Positions 1-10,889 of a DNA stretch of 64,000 bases are shown here, piece after piece. Position 1 is the stretch's first letter. Each line of letters opens with the position of its first letter. The DNA comes from an uncultured Methylomirabilota bacterium (GTDB lineage Bacteria > Methylomirabilota > Methylomirabilia > Methylomirabilales > 2-02-FULL-66-22): contig CAWJSJ010000002.1 of NCBI GenBank assembly GCA_963845565.1, forward strand, positions 2,176,001 to 2,240,000. The letters run 5' to 3'. A model generated the notes under the pieces. That model saw nothing but the letters and a program-made list of their open reading frames with translations, did not search any database and was not told the DNA's origin. A program made the translations under genes and the position numbers.

Positions 1-2
1 TG

Positions 3-1127
3 GAACAGCGAGGCGCCCCCTCCGCCGAGCGGGAGCTGGCCGAGGAGGTCCTGGATCCCAAGGCCCTGACCATCGGTTTCGCCCGGCGTTTCGCGACCTA
101 CAAGCGCGCCACCCTGCTTTTCAGGGATCCCGCCCGGCTCGGACGAATCCTGTCCGATCCGCAGCGGCCGGTGCAGCTCATCTTCGCCGGGAAAGCCCAT
201 CCCGCCGACCACGAGGGGAAGGACTTCATCAGGCAGGTGGTCCACTTCGCTCGGCAACCCGAGTTCCGCCAGCGGATCGTCTTCCTGGAAGACTACGATA
301 TCAAGGTGGGCCGGTACCTGTACCAGGGTGTGGACGTGTGGCTGAATACGCCCCGCCGCCCCCTGGAGGCCAGCGGCACCAGCGGGATGAAAGCCACGGC
401 CAACGGCGCCATCAACATCAGTGTCCTGGACGGTTGGTGGGACGAGGCCTACGACGGAACCAACGGGTGGGCGATCGGGCGTGGCGAGGAATACGAGGAT
501 ACCGGTTACCAGGACCAGGTGGAGAGCCAGGCCCTCTACCAGATCCTGGAGAGCGAGGCCGTGCCGATGTTCTACGCCCGGAGCCGGGACGGGTTGCCGC
601 GGGAGTGGATCCGCCGCATGAAACACGCCATGCGGACGGTTTGCCCGGTCTTCAGCGCCACCCGCATGGTGCGGGAGTACACCGACCTGTTGTACGTTCC
701 CGCCGGCGGGCGATGGGAGCGCTTGGGGGCGGACGGCCTGGCCCGGGCGCGCGCCCTCGCGACCTGGCGAGAGCGGGTGCAGGCGGCCTGGAAAGATGTC
801 GCGGTGCGGGCCGTGCGCGCCGACACGGTCACGCCGCTGGAGGCGGGCGGCACGCGGGTAGTGCAGGCCGACGTGGCCTTGGGTGCCCTGCGTCCGGAAG
901 ACGTCGCGGTCGCGCTGTACGCCGGGCCGATCGGCGGACAGGGGGAGATCCTCGACCCGGCCGTGTCGGAAATGAAGGTCGAGGGCGCGATGCGGGACGG
1001 CGTCTTCGTGTTCGGCGGGACGCTGTCGGGGCGCGACGCCGGCCGCCACGGTTTCCGGGTCCGCGTTCTGCCGGCCCACGAAGATCTCGCCAGCCCACTC
1101 ACGCTCAACTGCATCGCCTGGGGGTAG
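3..1127 (+). CDS. glgP: Alpha-glucan (glycogen) phosphorylase, 3' part (runs off the window start)
   Basis: The frame is open from base 3 (…[19 protein letters not shown]…). It contains [28 protein letters not shown] (PLP lysine) and LDGWW. Confidence 0.95.
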   Translation, partial: EQRGAPSAERELAEEVLDPKALTIGFARRFATYKRATLLFRDPARLGRILSDPQRPVQLIFAGKAHPADHEGKDFIRQVVHFARQPEFRQRIVFLEDYDIKVGRYLYQGVDVWLNTPRRPLEASGTSGMKATANGAINISVLDGWWDEAYDGTNGWAIGRGEEYEDTGYQDQVESQALYQILESEAVPMFYARSRDGLPREWIRRMKHAMRTVCPVFSATRMVREYTDLLYVPAGGRWERLGADGLARARALATWRERVQAAWKDVAVRAVRADTVTPLEAGGTRVVQADVALGALRPEDVAVALYAGPIGGQGEILDPAVSEMKVEGAMRDGVFVFGGTLSGRDAGRHGFRVRVLPAHEDLASPLTLNCIAWG

Positions 1128-1151
1128 GCCGTTCCCGGTGCGAGAAACTGG

Positions 1152-1180
1152 TGGACCAGCGAGGAGTGCTGTGGTATGTA
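1152..1180 (+). promoter_or_regulatory. Putative sigma70 promoter for the tRNA
   Basis: TGGACC-N17-TATGTA with an extended -10 TG, about 40 nt upstream of the tRNA. Confidence 0.4.
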
Positions 1181-1221
1181 AATGGCCCCCGCGGGTCACG
1201 GAGGGCGGGAATGCACGCGGC

Positions 1222-1298
1222 GGGCGCTTAGCTCAGCTGGTTAGAGCGCCGTCTTCACACGGCGGAGGTCGCTGGTTCGATCCCAGCAGCGCCCACCA
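1222..1298 (+). tRNA. tRNA-Val (anticodon CAC)
   Basis: Acceptor stem GGGCGCT/AGCGCCC, D-arm TAGCTCAGCTGGTTAGAGC, anticodon arm CCGTC-TTCACAC-GGCGG, T-loop GGTTCGATCC, encoded CCA end. Confidence 0.97.
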
Positions 1299-1306
1299 TG
1301 TCAACG

Positions 1307-1343
1307 AACGGGGTTGGCCTGTCGGCCGACCCCGTTTCTCTTT
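1307..1343 (+). terminator. Rho-independent terminator after the tRNA
   Basis: AACGGGGTTGGCC / GGCCGACCCCGTT stem followed by a T-rich tail. Confidence 0.75.
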
Positions 1344-1403
1344 GGCGCAAGGCCGGTCGGCGGGTGTGACGCGATGCGGTCTGGCAGCGGACGGAGGACG
1401 CGG

Positions 1404-2645
1404 ATGAAACGATGCGGTGCGGATGCGGTCGGAGTGCGGCAGGCGGGAAATCGTCGGTCTGGGCGAATCGCAGCCGCGTTGTTGCTGCTGGCAGGGGCGC
1501 TGGCGTTACTGGTGCAGCCGGCCCTGGCGGCCGGGCCGCGCGGGCGTGCAGCAAAGCCTGCGGCGACGCAGGCGGAGCCGCGGACGAAAGCACTGGCGGG
1601 CCCAGCGACCCCGTCGTGGATCGTGGTCCACGCCGCCACGGGCGAGGAGTTGGCGAGCCAGGAGCCGGATCGCCCGGGCGCGCCGGCCTCCATGACAAAG
1701 ATGATGCTGGCGCTGGTGGTGATGGAGGCGGTGAAGGACGGGCAGCTCACCATGGCCGATCCGGTGCCGACGTCCCGATTGGCCAGCAAGATGGGCGGCT
1801 CGCAGGTCTTTCTGAAGGAAGGGGAGAGCTTCTCGGTGGAGGATATGCTGGCGGGCCTGCTCATCGGGTCGGCCAACGATGCCGCCGTCGCGCTGGCCGA
1901 GCGCCTCACGGGGAGCGTGGAGGCGACGATCCAGCGGATGAACGATCGGGCGGGCTCGCTCAAGCTCACCCAGACCAAATTCGGATCGGTCCACGGCCTG
2001 CCCCCGTCCCCGGGGCAGGCGGGGGACGTGACCACTCCCAGGGACATGGCGCGGGTTGGGCAGGAGTTGCTCAAGTATCCGGAAATCCTCCGCTGGACGG
2101 GAACGCCCGAGGCCCCCTTCCGGGGCGGGAGCTTCATCCTGCGGAACAGCAACAAACTGATCGGCAAGTTCCCCGGCATGGACGGAATCAAGACCGGGCA
2201 CTTCGCCGAGGCCGGCTACAACGTGGCGGTCACCGCCAAGCGAGGAAATCTGCGGCTGGTCGCCGTGGTCATGGGCGCCCCCACGAACCAGGCGCGCTTC
2301 ACCGAGGCGGCGCGACTGCTGGGCGAGGGGTTCAATCGGTTCACCGAGGTGAGCGTGGTCAAGGCCGGCGCCCCGGTGGGCAGTGAGCTCCGGATCGCCC
2401 GAGCCAAGGGGCCGTTCCGGCCGCTGGCCAAGAACGACGTCCAGATCCTGATCAAGCGCGAAGAGAAGGACGCGCTCAAGACCAGCGTGGAGATCCAGCC
2501 CAACCTCGCCGCGCCGCTGGCCAAGGGGCAGGTCGTGGGGGCGTTGATCGTGCGCGTGGGGGAGCGCGAGGTGGCGCGGACCCCGGTGGTGACGGCCGGG
2601 GAGGTAGCGCGCAAGTCCTTCTGGTGGCTCACGCCGTGGAAGTGA
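1404..2645 (+). CDS. dacA: D-alanyl-D-alanine carboxypeptidase (PBP5/DacA family)
   Basis: SxxK (PASMTK), SxN (GSANDAA), KTG (GIKTGH), signal peptide and a C-terminal PBP5 domain. The start codon is uncertain. Confidence 0.9.
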   Translation: MKRCGADAVGVRQAGNRRSGRIAAALLLLAGALALLVQPALAAGPRGRAAKPAATQAEPRTKALAGPATPSWIVVHAATGEELASQEPDRPGAPASMTKMMLALVVMEAVKDGQLTMADPVPTSRLASKMGGSQVFLKEGESFSVEDMLAGLLIGSANDAAVALAERLTGSVEATIQRMNDRAGSLKLTQTKFGSVHGLPPSPGQAGDVTTPRDMARVGQELLKYPEILRWTGTPEAPFRGGSFILRNSNKLIGKFPGMDGIKTGHFAEAGYNVAVTAKRGNLRLVAVVMGAPTNQARFTEAARLLGEGFNRFTEVSVVKAGAPVGSELRIARAKGPFRPLAKNDVQILIKREEKDALKTSVEIQPNLAAPLAKGQVVGALIVRVGEREVARTPVVTAGEVARKSFWWLTPWK

Positions 2646-2749
2646 GCACGTACCGACAGCGACAGGGAGAGGGGCAGAGCGGGGAAGCGCCGCACGCGGG
2701 GGCCGGATTCGAGCCTCGGCGTTGACAATTCGCGCCCCGGGTGGCTGTG

Positions 2750-2778
2750 TTGACGATCGGTTTCTGGTCGCCTATCCT
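2750..2778 (+). promoter_or_regulatory. Putative sigma70 promoter of the ABC exporter operon
   Basis: TTGACG-N17-TATCCT. Confidence 0.45.
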
Positions 2779-2834
2779 GGGGTCATGGCACAACCTGGGA
2801 CGGCGCTCCTTGCCGGCCGACACGAGTGGATTGC

Positions 2835-3974
2835 ATGGGCGCGCTTGCCTTTATCTGGAAAAATATCACGCGAAATCGTCGACGGACGGTTCTGACCATC
2901 CTGAGCATCGCGTTGTCGTTGTTCTTGCTGTCGACATTGATGACGGTGCTCACGGAACTGGGGCGGGAATCGCCGGATGGCGATCAACATCTGCGCCTGG
3001 TGGTGCGACGGGCAAGCTCGCTGGGGGACCCGCTACCCGAATCCTATCTGGACAAGCTGAAACGTGTTCCCGGGGTTCGGATGGTGCACACGCTGAGCTG
3101 GTTCGGCGGCCTCTACGTGGATGAGCGGAACTTCTTCGCCAATTTCGGCTGTGACCCCGAGACGCTCTTTCCGATGTTCAACGAGAACCGCCTCCCACCC
3201 GAGCAGCTTTCCGCGTTCAAGAAGGAGCGGACCGCGGCCGTGGCGGGTCGCAAACTGGCGGAACGGTTCAAGTGGCGGCTGGGCGACAAGATCACGCTGC
3301 TGGGGACGATCTACCCGGTGGACTTGGAGTTCACACTGCGCGGGATCTACACCGGGCTGGACGAGACGGCGTTCTTTTTCCACCACGCCTACCTGGACGA
3401 GGCGCTGGGCCGGACGGGGAAAGTGGGCACCTTCTGGCTGAAGGCGGCCTCGGCGGCGGAGGTGCCGGTGATCGCCGAGCGCGTGGATGCCATGTTCAAG
3501 AACAGCGACGCCGAGACCAAGACGGAGACCGAGCGTGCGTTTCAGCTCGGCTTCGTGGCCATGCTTGGCAACATCAAGACCTTGATCAGCAGCATCTCCA
3601 GCGTGGTGGTGTTCACCATCCTGCTCGTCACCGCCAACACCATGGCCATGTCCATCCGCGAGCGTGCGCGGGAGATCGCCATCCTGAAGACGCTGGGGTT
3701 CACCCGGCGCCGGCTCCTGGGCCTCCTGGTGGCCGAGTCGGCCGCCATCGCGCTGGCGGGCGGCCTCCTGGGGACGCTCGGCGCCCGGCTCTTCTACTCC
3801 CTGGTCGATGTGTGGAAGCACACCCAGGGCTTCTTTCCCATCTTCGTCGTCGAGCCCGAAACCATCACGATCGGGCTGCTGCTCTCGGTCCTGATCGGCG
3901 TCACCAGCGCCGCGGTGCCCGCCTACCGCGTGAGTCGGCAAACCATCGCCCACGCGCTGCGCCGGACGGGGTGA
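2835..3974 (+). CDS. ABC exporter permease (MacB/FtsX-like)
   Basis: N-terminal RNRRRTVLT plus a TM helix, a periplasmic domain, ERAREIAILKTLGF motif and C-terminal TMs. Confidence 0.9.
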   Translation: MGALAFIWKNITRNRRRTVLTILSIALSLFLLSTLMTVLTELGRESPDGDQHLRLVVRRASSLGDPLPESYLDKLKRVPGVRMVHTLSWFGGLYVDERNFFANFGCDPETLFPMFNENRLPPEQLSAFKKERTAAVAGRKLAERFKWRLGDKITLLGTIYPVDLEFTLRGIYTGLDETAFFFHHAYLDEALGRTGKVGTFWLKAASAAEVPVIAERVDAMFKNSDAETKTETERAFQLGFVAMLGNIKTLISSISSVVVFTILLVTANTMAMSIRERAREIAILKTLGFTRRRLLGLLVAESAAIALAGGLLGTLGARLFYSLVDVWKHTQGFFPIFVVEPETITIGLLLSVLIGVTSAAVPAYRVSRQTIAHALRRTG

Positions 3975-3983
3975 TCACCCGCC

Positions 3984-5147
3984 ATGGCCGTTCCGCTGGC
4001 GTATAACATCCGAAATCTCCGGGTCCGCGTCTTCAGCACGGTGATGACTATCTTCAGCGTGGGACTGGTGGTGGCGGTGTTCATCGGGGTGATGGCGCTG
4101 GCCCGGGGGCTGGAAGAGGCTTTCGTGGCCACCGGCGATCCGCTGAACGTGGTGGTGCTGCGGCAGGGGTCGCAGGTCGAGACGAGCAGTTCCGTCCGTC
4201 GCGACGCGTTGCAGGTGATCCGGTACTTGCCTGGCGTGGCCACGGACGCCGCGGGCGTGCCGCTGGTTTCCCCCGAGGTGATCGTGCTCTTGAACTTGCC
4301 GAAACGTTCCGATGGCCAGGGGGCCAACGTGCTCGTGCGGGGCTTGCGCGCCACGGGGTTCGAGCTTCGCCCCCAGGTACGGTTGATCCAGGGTCGGATG
4401 GCCCGGCTGGGACTCCGGGAGGTCATCGTCGGGCGATCCATCGCCGAGCGCTTCCAGAACGCCGGCCTGGGCGAGCGGCTGCGCTTCGGCCGGAGCCACT
4501 GGACCGTGGTGGGGATCTTCGAAGCCGGGCGGACCGCGTTCGGGTCCGAGATCTGGACGGACGCCACCGAACTCGCGGACGACTTCGACCGTGCCGACTA
4601 TTCCGCCGTGCTGCTTCGGGCCGAGAGCCCGCTGGCCCTGCGGACGATCACACGACGGATCGACGGCGATCAGCGTCTGCACCTCAAGGCGCAGGCCGAG
4701 CCCGAATACTACGCGGAGCAAACCAAGACGGCCGGGCCGATCAAGATCCTGGGGAGCTTCATGGCGGTCCTGATGGCCATCGGCGCCAGCTTCGCCGTGA
4801 TGAACACCATGTACGCCTCCGTGGCCCGCCGCAGTCGGGAGATCGGCGTCCTCCGCGTGCTGGGTTTCCAGCCGGCCAGCATCCTTCTCTCGTTTCTGGG
4901 GGAATCGGTGCTGCTGGCGCTGCTCGGCGGTCTGGTGGGCTGTCTCCTGGCGTTGCCGATTCACGGCCTGACCACCGGGACGATGAATTTTCGGACCTTC
5001 AGCGACATCTCCTTTGCCTTTCGAATCACGCCGGATCTGCTGTTGAATGGGCTCGGCTTCTCTCTGGCGATGGGTGCGTTGGGCGGTTTCCTGCCGGCCC
5101 GGCTGGCGTCGCGGCAACCGATGGTCGAGACCTTGCGGGAAGGGTGA
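3984..5147 (+). CDS. ABC exporter permease (MacB/FtsX-like)
   Basis: Same architecture as the preceding gene; RRSREIGVLRVLGF motif. Confidence 0.9.
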   Translation: MAVPLAYNIRNLRVRVFSTVMTIFSVGLVVAVFIGVMALARGLEEAFVATGDPLNVVVLRQGSQVETSSSVRRDALQVIRYLPGVATDAAGVPLVSPEVIVLLNLPKRSDGQGANVLVRGLRATGFELRPQVRLIQGRMARLGLREVIVGRSIAERFQNAGLGERLRFGRSHWTVVGIFEAGRTAFGSEIWTDATELADDFDRADYSAVLLRAESPLALRTITRRIDGDQRLHLKAQAEPEYYAEQTKTAGPIKILGSFMAVLMAIGASFAVMNTMYASVARRSREIGVLRVLGFQPASILLSFLGESVLLALLGGLVGCLLALPIHGLTTGTMNFRTFSDISFAFRITPDLLLNGLGFSLAMGALGGFLPARLASRQPMVETLREG

Positions 5148-5149
5148 CG

Positions 5150-5250
5150 GAGCGAGCGGCGAGCCGCGAGCCGCGGATGGAGAGCCGAGCACGGAGAGTC
5201 GCAAGAAAGGCCGGTAGCTGATAGCTGAATGCTGATAGCTGATTGCTGAC
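5150..5250. repeat. Intergenic heptamer tandem repeats (GAGCCGC, GCTGATA types)
   Basis: gagccgc gagccgc … gctgata gctgaat gctgata gctgatt gctga. Confidence 0.7.
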
Positions 5251-5267
5251 AAGGCACAGAGCATCCC

Positions 5268-6611
5268 ATGCCCGACACCGTTGACCACATGGACGAGGCG
5301 CTGCGTGCGCTGCGGATCGACCCGGAACGGCGCCGCCGGGGCCGCCGCCGCTCCGCATGGCTGCGGTACGGGGTCTTGGCGCTGGTGGGCCTCGCGATCG
5401 CGGGATACTTCTTCTCCCGGACCGGCCTGAACCCCGTCGAGGTGGAGGTCGCCGCGACGCAGCGGCTGGACCCCGGCGCCCCGACGCCGGTGCTGACCGC
5501 GGGAGGGTATATCATCCCACACCGCAAGGTCGAGTTGGCCCCGAAGATCACCGGGCGCGTGGAGTGGATCGGGGTGGAGAAGGGCGACGCAGTCACGCGA
5601 GGACAGGTGCTGCTCCGCATCGAACAGCGGGAATTCCTGGCCGCCGCGGACCGGGCCCAGGCTCTGCTCGCAGGCGCCCGCGCCCGGTTGCAAGAGCTGG
5701 AGGCCGGTTCCCGGCCCGAGGAGATCGAGCGGGCCCAGGCGGGCGTGGAGGAGGCGCGCTCGAACGTCGCCAACGCGGTGCTGGAGCTGGAGCGGTTCGA
5801 GCGGCTCCATGCGGACGGGGCGGTATCCCGGCAGACCTTGGACGTCGCCAAGAACCGGCACGAAGTGGCGCTGGCCCAGCAGGTGGCGGCTCAGACGAGC
5901 TACCAGTTGCTTCGGATCGGACCGCGCCGAGAGCAGATTGACGTCGCGCGCGCCCAGCTCCGCGAGGCCGAGGCCGTCGTCCGGGCGTCGCAGGTGGACC
6001 TGGACAGCACCGTGATCCGGGCACCGATCGCCGGCACGGTGCTCGAGCGACTGGTCGAGCCGGGCGAGATCGTGACGATATCCTTCATCGGCGGTCGCGG
6101 GGCCAAGTCGGCTGTCCTCTCCTTGGCCGACCTCGGGGTCCTGGACGTGGAAGTGGACGTCAGCCAGAACGAGATCGGCAAGGTGAGACTCGGCCAGCCG
6201 GCCAGCATCGTCGCCGATGCGTTCCCCGACCGGACCTACCAGGGGAGTGTCACGGAGATGGCGCCCGAGGCGAACCGACAGAAGGCAACCCTTCAGGTCA
6301 AGGTCCGCGTCGCACGGCCAGACGGCGTCATCCGTCCCGAGATGAACGCCAAGGTCACATTCCTCGAGCCGCCGTCGGGGCCGACCGGGCCGGCCAAGGT
6401 CTTCGCCCCGAAAGAGGCGGTGTTCAGCCGGGAGGCCCAGCGTTTCGTCTATCTGGTGGACGGCGGCAAAGCGAGCGCCCGCCCCGTGCGCGTCGGGGCG
6501 GAGGCGGACGGCCGGGTCGAGGTCCTCGAGGGGCTGGCGGGGGGCGAGCAGGTCGTGGTGCGCGGGGTCGAACTTCTGAAGGACGGGCAGCGAGTTCGCG
6601 TGAAGAAGTGA
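5268..6611 (+). CDS. Efflux periplasmic adaptor (HlyD/MFP family)
   Basis: TM anchor, lipoyl-like GRVEWIGVEKGDAV, coiled coil, IRAPIAGTV. Confidence 0.92.
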   Translation: MPDTVDHMDEALRALRIDPERRRRGRRRSAWLRYGVLALVGLAIAGYFFSRTGLNPVEVEVAATQRLDPGAPTPVLTAGGYIIPHRKVELAPKITGRVEWIGVEKGDAVTRGQVLLRIEQREFLAAADRAQALLAGARARLQELEAGSRPEEIERAQAGVEEARSNVANAVLELERFERLHADGAVSRQTLDVAKNRHEVALAQQVAAQTSYQLLRIGPRREQIDVARAQLREAEAVVRASQVDLDSTVIRAPIAGTVLERLVEPGEIVTISFIGGRGAKSAVLSLADLGVLDVEVDVSQNEIGKVRLGQPASIVADAFPDRTYQGSVTEMAPEANRQKATLQVKVRVARPDGVIRPEMNAKVTFLEPPSGPTGPAKVFAPKEAVFSREAQRFVYLVDGGKASARPVRVGAEADGRVEVLEGLAGGEQVVVRGVELLKDGQRVRVKK

Positions 6612-6644
6612 GCGCTCGCGGGCTGGTGGAGTCGTTCCGAGATC

Positions 6645-7346
6645 ATGGCATCGCAACCGATCGTGCGGGTTGAACATCTCTCGAAAGTCTTCCATCGCGA
6701 TTCCGCCGAGGTGACGGCACTGGACGACGCCAGTCTGGAGATCGCCGCGGGGGAGTTCATGGCCCTGATGGGCCCCTCCGGGTCGGGGAAGACGACCCTG
6801 CTCAACATCATCGCGGGGATCGACCGGCCCAGCGCGGGTCATGTGTACGTCGGCGACACGGACATCGCCGAACTGGACGAGGACGAGCTGGCGGAGTGGC
6901 GGAATCAACACGTGGGCTTTATCTTTCAGATGTACAATCTGATCCCCGTCCTGACCGCACGGGAAAACGTCGAGCTTCCCCTGCTGCTGACGGATCTCGG
7001 CCGGGCAGAGCGGCGGGCGCACGCCGAGGCGGCCCTGGCGCTGGTGGGTCTGGCGGATCGGATGGACCACCGGCCGCGGCAGCTGTCCGGCGGGCAGGAG
7101 CAACGGGTGGCCATCGCGCGGGCGCTGGTCACCGATCCGGTGCTCTTGCTGGCGGACGAGCCCACCGGCGATCTGGACGCCAGATCGGCCCAGGAGATCC
7201 TCGCGATCCTGGGCCGGTTGAATCGGGAGTTCGGCAAGACGATCGTGATGGTGACCCACGACCCTCGGGCCGCCAAGTCGGCCTCGGTGGTTCGCCAGCT
7301 GGACAAGGGCGTGCTCCTGCCGCTCGACGCGCGCTCCCAGGTGTAG
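6645..7346 (+). CDS. ABC transporter ATP-binding protein (LolD/MacB type)
   Basis: [35 protein letters not shown]. Confidence 0.95.
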   Translation: MASQPIVRVEHLSKVFHRDSAEVTALDDASLEIAAGEFMALMGPSGSGKTTLLNIIAGIDRPSAGHVYVGDTDIAELDEDELAEWRNQHVGFIFQMYNLIPVLTARENVELPLLLTDLGRAERRAHAEAALALVGLADRMDHRPRQLSGGQEQRVAIARALVTDPVLLLADEPTGDLDARSAQEILAILGRLNREFGKTIVMVTHDPRAAKSASVVRQLDKGVLLPLDARSQV

Positions 7347-7461
7347 GGCCCCGCGCCCAGGCGGTGAGGCGGTCGGCGACGCGGTGCGGGTCGGCAGCGG
7401 GGTTCGGGAGCAAAGGCGCGTACCGAGCGGGCGACGTCGGTGCGGCACACGGAGGCGTGCG

Positions 7462-8205
7462 ATGATGCGAGTTCTGATCCGCAGCGGAATCGGCCTGGGC
7501 TGGCTGGCCCTCGTGGTGACGGGGTGTTCGAGCGGCCCAGCCGCACCGTCCGCGCAATCCATCGAGACGTCCGGATTCGGGCAAACGGTGGGCGGGATCC
7601 AGGTGGTCGTGGACCCGCTCTTCGGCCGGGAACGGGCGAGCGCGGAATTCCCGGGGGGCGAAACGTTCGAGGAGCAAGGCTTGCTACCCGTGCAGGTCCT
7701 GATCGAGAACGGCAGTCGCCAGCCGGTGCGGGCCGACCGCGCGGACTTCCGGCTGGTCCGGCCGCAGAACCGGGCGGATGTCGCGCTCTCTCCCCTGGAT
7801 GCCTTTGGGATGGTCAAACCTCCGGTGGGCTGGTGGGCCGCGCTGCCGATCCTGGGCCCCTCGGCATCGGCCTATCGGAATTCGGACTGGCTCAAGCAGT
7901 TCGAAGCCCGGGCGCTCAAGGACATTCCGGTCGCGCCGGGCGGATCGGCGGTCGGGTTGGTGTATTTCTACTTTCCCGAGAACGAGAAGTCGCTGGCCGG
8001 CACCCGGATCGTGTTGGTGGTCCGGGGCGACACCGGGGAGGAGCGAACGTTCGACATCCCCCTGCAGGGTCGGCGCGGAATCCTGGACGCCCCCGCCCCG
8101 ACCGCCCCAGCGGCGGCGCCGGGCCAGCGGACGCAGCCTTCGTCGACGCCGACGCGCGTCGATGGGGCGGGCGGCGGCGTGATCATCCGCAGCCCGGCGC
8201 CGTAA
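7462..8205 (+). CDS. Hypothetical lipoprotein
   Basis: GGAGG RBS, signal peptide ending VTGC (lipobox), high-GC codon usage. Confidence 0.75.
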   Translation: MMRVLIRSGIGLGWLALVVTGCSSGPAAPSAQSIETSGFGQTVGGIQVVVDPLFGRERASAEFPGGETFEEQGLLPVQVLIENGSRQPVRADRADFRLVRPQNRADVALSPLDAFGMVKPPVGWWAALPILGPSASAYRNSDWLKQFEARALKDIPVAPGGSAVGLVYFYFPENEKSLAGTRIVLVVRGDTGEERTFDIPLQGRRGILDAPAPTAPAAAPGQRTQPSSTPTRVDGAGGGVIIRSPAP

Positions 8206-8285
8206 CCAACAAAGCGTCCCCGCCGAGAGCCGGGCGCGATGACCTGTTGTTCCAGCGCCGCCCCTCGACAGGACCAGGCCGCCCA

Positions 8286-9509
8286 ATGACCAGCGCCACC
8301 CCTCGGGAGCAGCGCCCCTTCACGCTACGCTCCCTGGCCTTCAGCGTGTATGTGCCGACGCTGCTCTTCTCGATCGGTCAAGGCGCCGTCCTTCCCATCA
8401 TCCCCCTCTTCGCTCTCGAACTCGGCGCCTCGACCGCTGTGGCCGGTTTCGTGGTCGGAATGCGCGGCCTCGGCTTGATGCTCTTCGACGTTCCTGGCGG
8501 TGTCGCCGTGTCTCGCTTCGGCGACAAAGGCGTCATGGTGCTCGGTACCGCCATGGTGGCCGTGGTCGCGATCGGAGCCTCTCTGAGCAAGTCGGTGGCG
8601 GTCCTGGCGCTGCTGATGCTGATCATGGGGGGAGGCTGGGCATTCTGGCAGCTGGCGCGGCTCGCGTACGTCAGCGAGGTGATCCCCGTCGACCAACGCG
8701 GTCGCGCCCTGTCTCTCGTGGGCGGAGCGCATCGATTAGGCCTGTTCCTGGGGCCCATCCTCGGCGGTTTCCTCGGCAAATACTACGGCCTCGAGTCCGC
8801 ATTCTACGCGCAGGCTGCGATGGGTCTGGCCGCCTCGACGATGATGTTCATCGTCGTCCAGCAGAGCTCCGGCGCGGACGATCTCGCGGGACGCGGCATC
8901 GGCGGGCGGCTTGTCGCCACGGTGGTCGAGCACCGACGGGTCTTTCTGACTGCGGGCTGCGCCGTGATCGCCCTCCAGGTATTACGCCAGGGTCGTCAAG
9001 TCTTCTTGCCGCTGTGGGGAGATGCGATCGGCCTCGATGTGGCCCAGATCGGCCTGGTCTATGGGATCTCTTCCTTCCTCGATGCCGGTCTCTTCTATCC
9101 TATCGGGTACGTCATGGACCGGTGGGGCAGAAAATGGGCAGGCGTGCCAAGCTTGCTCACGTTGGCGATCGGGCTATTGATTCTTCCGGCAACCACCGAG
9201 GTATACGGTTACGGCCTCGTGGCCATGCTGACGGGTATCGGCAACGGTTTTGGGGCCGGGATCGTGCAGGTTCTTGGTGCGGACTTCGCACCGGCGGAGC
9301 GGCGAGGCGAATTCCTCGGCGTCTGGCGACTCATCGGCGATGTGGGAAACGCCGGCGGACCGTTTGTGGTGAGCTTCGTCGTCGGGATCGCGAGCCTCGG
9401 CCTTGCCGCGATCTGCACCGGCAGCCTCGGTCTCGCCGGGGCCGTGCTCATGTGGCTGGTGGTCCCCGAAACACTGCAGCGAAGAAAGGCACCGATCAGA
9501 AAAACCTGA
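8286..9509 (+). CDS. MFS transporter
   Basis: About 12 hydrophobic segments; GYVMDRWGRK motif A; DQRGRA and ERRGEF loops. Confidence 0.9.
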   Translation: MTSATPREQRPFTLRSLAFSVYVPTLLFSIGQGAVLPIIPLFALELGASTAVAGFVVGMRGLGLMLFDVPGGVAVSRFGDKGVMVLGTAMVAVVAIGASLSKSVAVLALLMLIMGGGWAFWQLARLAYVSEVIPVDQRGRALSLVGGAHRLGLFLGPILGGFLGKYYGLESAFYAQAAMGLAASTMMFIVVQQSSGADDLAGRGIGGRLVATVVEHRRVFLTAGCAVIALQVLRQGRQVFLPLWGDAIGLDVAQIGLVYGISSFLDAGLFYPIGYVMDRWGRKWAGVPSLLTLAIGLLILPATTEVYGYGLVAMLTGIGNGFGAGIVQVLGADFAPAERRGEFLGVWRLIGDVGNAGGPFVVSFVVGIASLGLAAICTGSLGLAGAVLMWLVVPETLQRRKAPIRKT

Positions 9510-9863
9510 TCCTCGGGAATCGGGACGGGGTGTCCGATCGCTGGTGCCCTTGGGGCTTGGTTGCGATTCGCCTGCGGATGAGTTCGTTCCGCGACCGGGT
9601 ATTCCGAATGTCCGACGAACCGAAGACCCGGTGCCGCTCGCGGTTCCGGCTTGTCACACAGGACAGGCCGAGCCACAATCGGCCTTGCCCGGCGGGAATC
9701 GGATGGGCTATTCTCCGACGGACAGCGCACGCATGAGCGCGGCGCGTCGACGCGCGGTGAGAGCCATCGCCCGGGACGCCGTCCGCGCCTGGTGTGCCGA
9801 CGTTGTCGGATCGTTCCGCCGTCGGGTGGCGGGTGGCGCGGCGGGTAACCGAAAGGAGCGGGG

Positions 9864-10844
9864 ATGAGGAAGCCGACGGTGTATGTCTCGAGAACGGTGC
9901 AGCCGAACGTCCTCGCCCGACTGGGTGAGGTGTGCGAGGTCCGGAGTTGGTCGGGGCCCGGGCGTTGTCCGGCCGAGGTCCTGACCAAAACAGCGGCGGA
10001 GGTCGAGGCGGTCCTGGGTACCGATCGCTGGACCGCCGCGATGCTGGACGGGGCGTCCCGCCTGCGGCTGATCGCGTTGACGTCGGTCGGCTTCGACATG
10101 GTGGACATCTCGGCCGCCACGGCGCGCGGCATCCTGGTGACCAATACCCCGGATGTGCTCACCGAGACGGTCGCCGATCTGACTTTTGCCCTTATCCTCG
10201 CGGCCGCGCGGCGGATCTGCGAGACGGAGCGGTGGATGCGGGCGGGGCAGTGGCAGACGCCCGGCGTGAGCCCGATGGGGCGGGACGTCCACCACGCGAC
10301 TCTGGGGATCGTCGGGCTCGGGCGGATCGGTGTGGCCGTGGCAGAGCGGGCGCGGGGTTTCCGGATGCCGGTGCTCTATTTCGACTTCGTGCGGCGCGAA
10401 GCGCTGGAGCGGGAGTACGGCTACCGGTACGTCAGCCTGGAGACGTTGTTGCGGGATTCGGACTTCGTGACACTCCACGTTCCCCTTTTGCCGGAGACGA
10501 CGGGGATGATCGGGGCGCCGCAGTTGGCGCTGATGAAGCCGACGGCGTACCTGATCAACGCCGCCCGGGGGCCGGTGGTCAACGAGCGATCCCTGATCGA
10601 TGCGCTCCAGGCGAGGCGGATCGCCGGCGCTGGGCTCGACGTCTTCGAGGTCGAACCGACGGACATGGCGAATCCGCTTCTGAAGATGGAGAACGTCATC
10701 ACGCTGCCGCATGTGGGCAGCGCCACCGATGCCACGCGCCAGGCCATGGTGGACCTGGCGGTCGAGAACGTGGTGGCCGTGCTTGCCGGAGAGCCGCCGC
10801 TCACGCCGGTCAATCCCGATGCGCGGTCAGGACGGGCGGCGTAG
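9864..10844 (+). CDS. D-2-hydroxyacid dehydrogenase (glyoxylate/hydroxypyruvate reductase-like)
   Basis: GIVGLGRIG, LINAARGPVV, AGLDVFEVEP, LPHVGSAT. Confidence 0.93.
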   Translation: MRKPTVYVSRTVQPNVLARLGEVCEVRSWSGPGRCPAEVLTKTAAEVEAVLGTDRWTAAMLDGASRLRLIALTSVGFDMVDISAATARGILVTNTPDVLTETVADLTFALILAAARRICETERWMRAGQWQTPGVSPMGRDVHHATLGIVGLGRIGVAVAERARGFRMPVLYFDFVRREALEREYGYRYVSLETLLRDSDFVTLHVPLLPETTGMIGAPQLALMKPTAYLINAARGPVVNERSLIDALQARRIAGAGLDVFEVEPTDMANPLLKMENVITLPHVGSATDATRQAMVDLAVENVVAVLAGEPPLTPVNPDARSGRAA

Positions 10845-10889
10845 CGGATCGCCATCGGCACCCGCATATTTTCTGGACGAGGGGAGATC

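Noticed and set aside
1222..1343. tRNA used as an integration site for an island or prophage
   Set aside because: No integrase and no duplicated tRNA 3' end were noticed; a housekeeping gene follows.
3975..7817. Very long antisense ORFs (also 10827..13904, 25000..27186, 43157..45745)
   Set aside because: They are shadow ORFs opposite recognisable genes, as expected in high-GC DNA.
8203..8260. attC site before the MFS gene (ACCAAC…GTT)
   Set aside because: The R boxes are not complementary and there is no convincing L-box stem.
7440..9509. 689-aa extended MFS protein
   Set aside because: The N-terminal part is an alternate frame of the lipoprotein gene; the hydrophobic MFS sequence starts at 8286.
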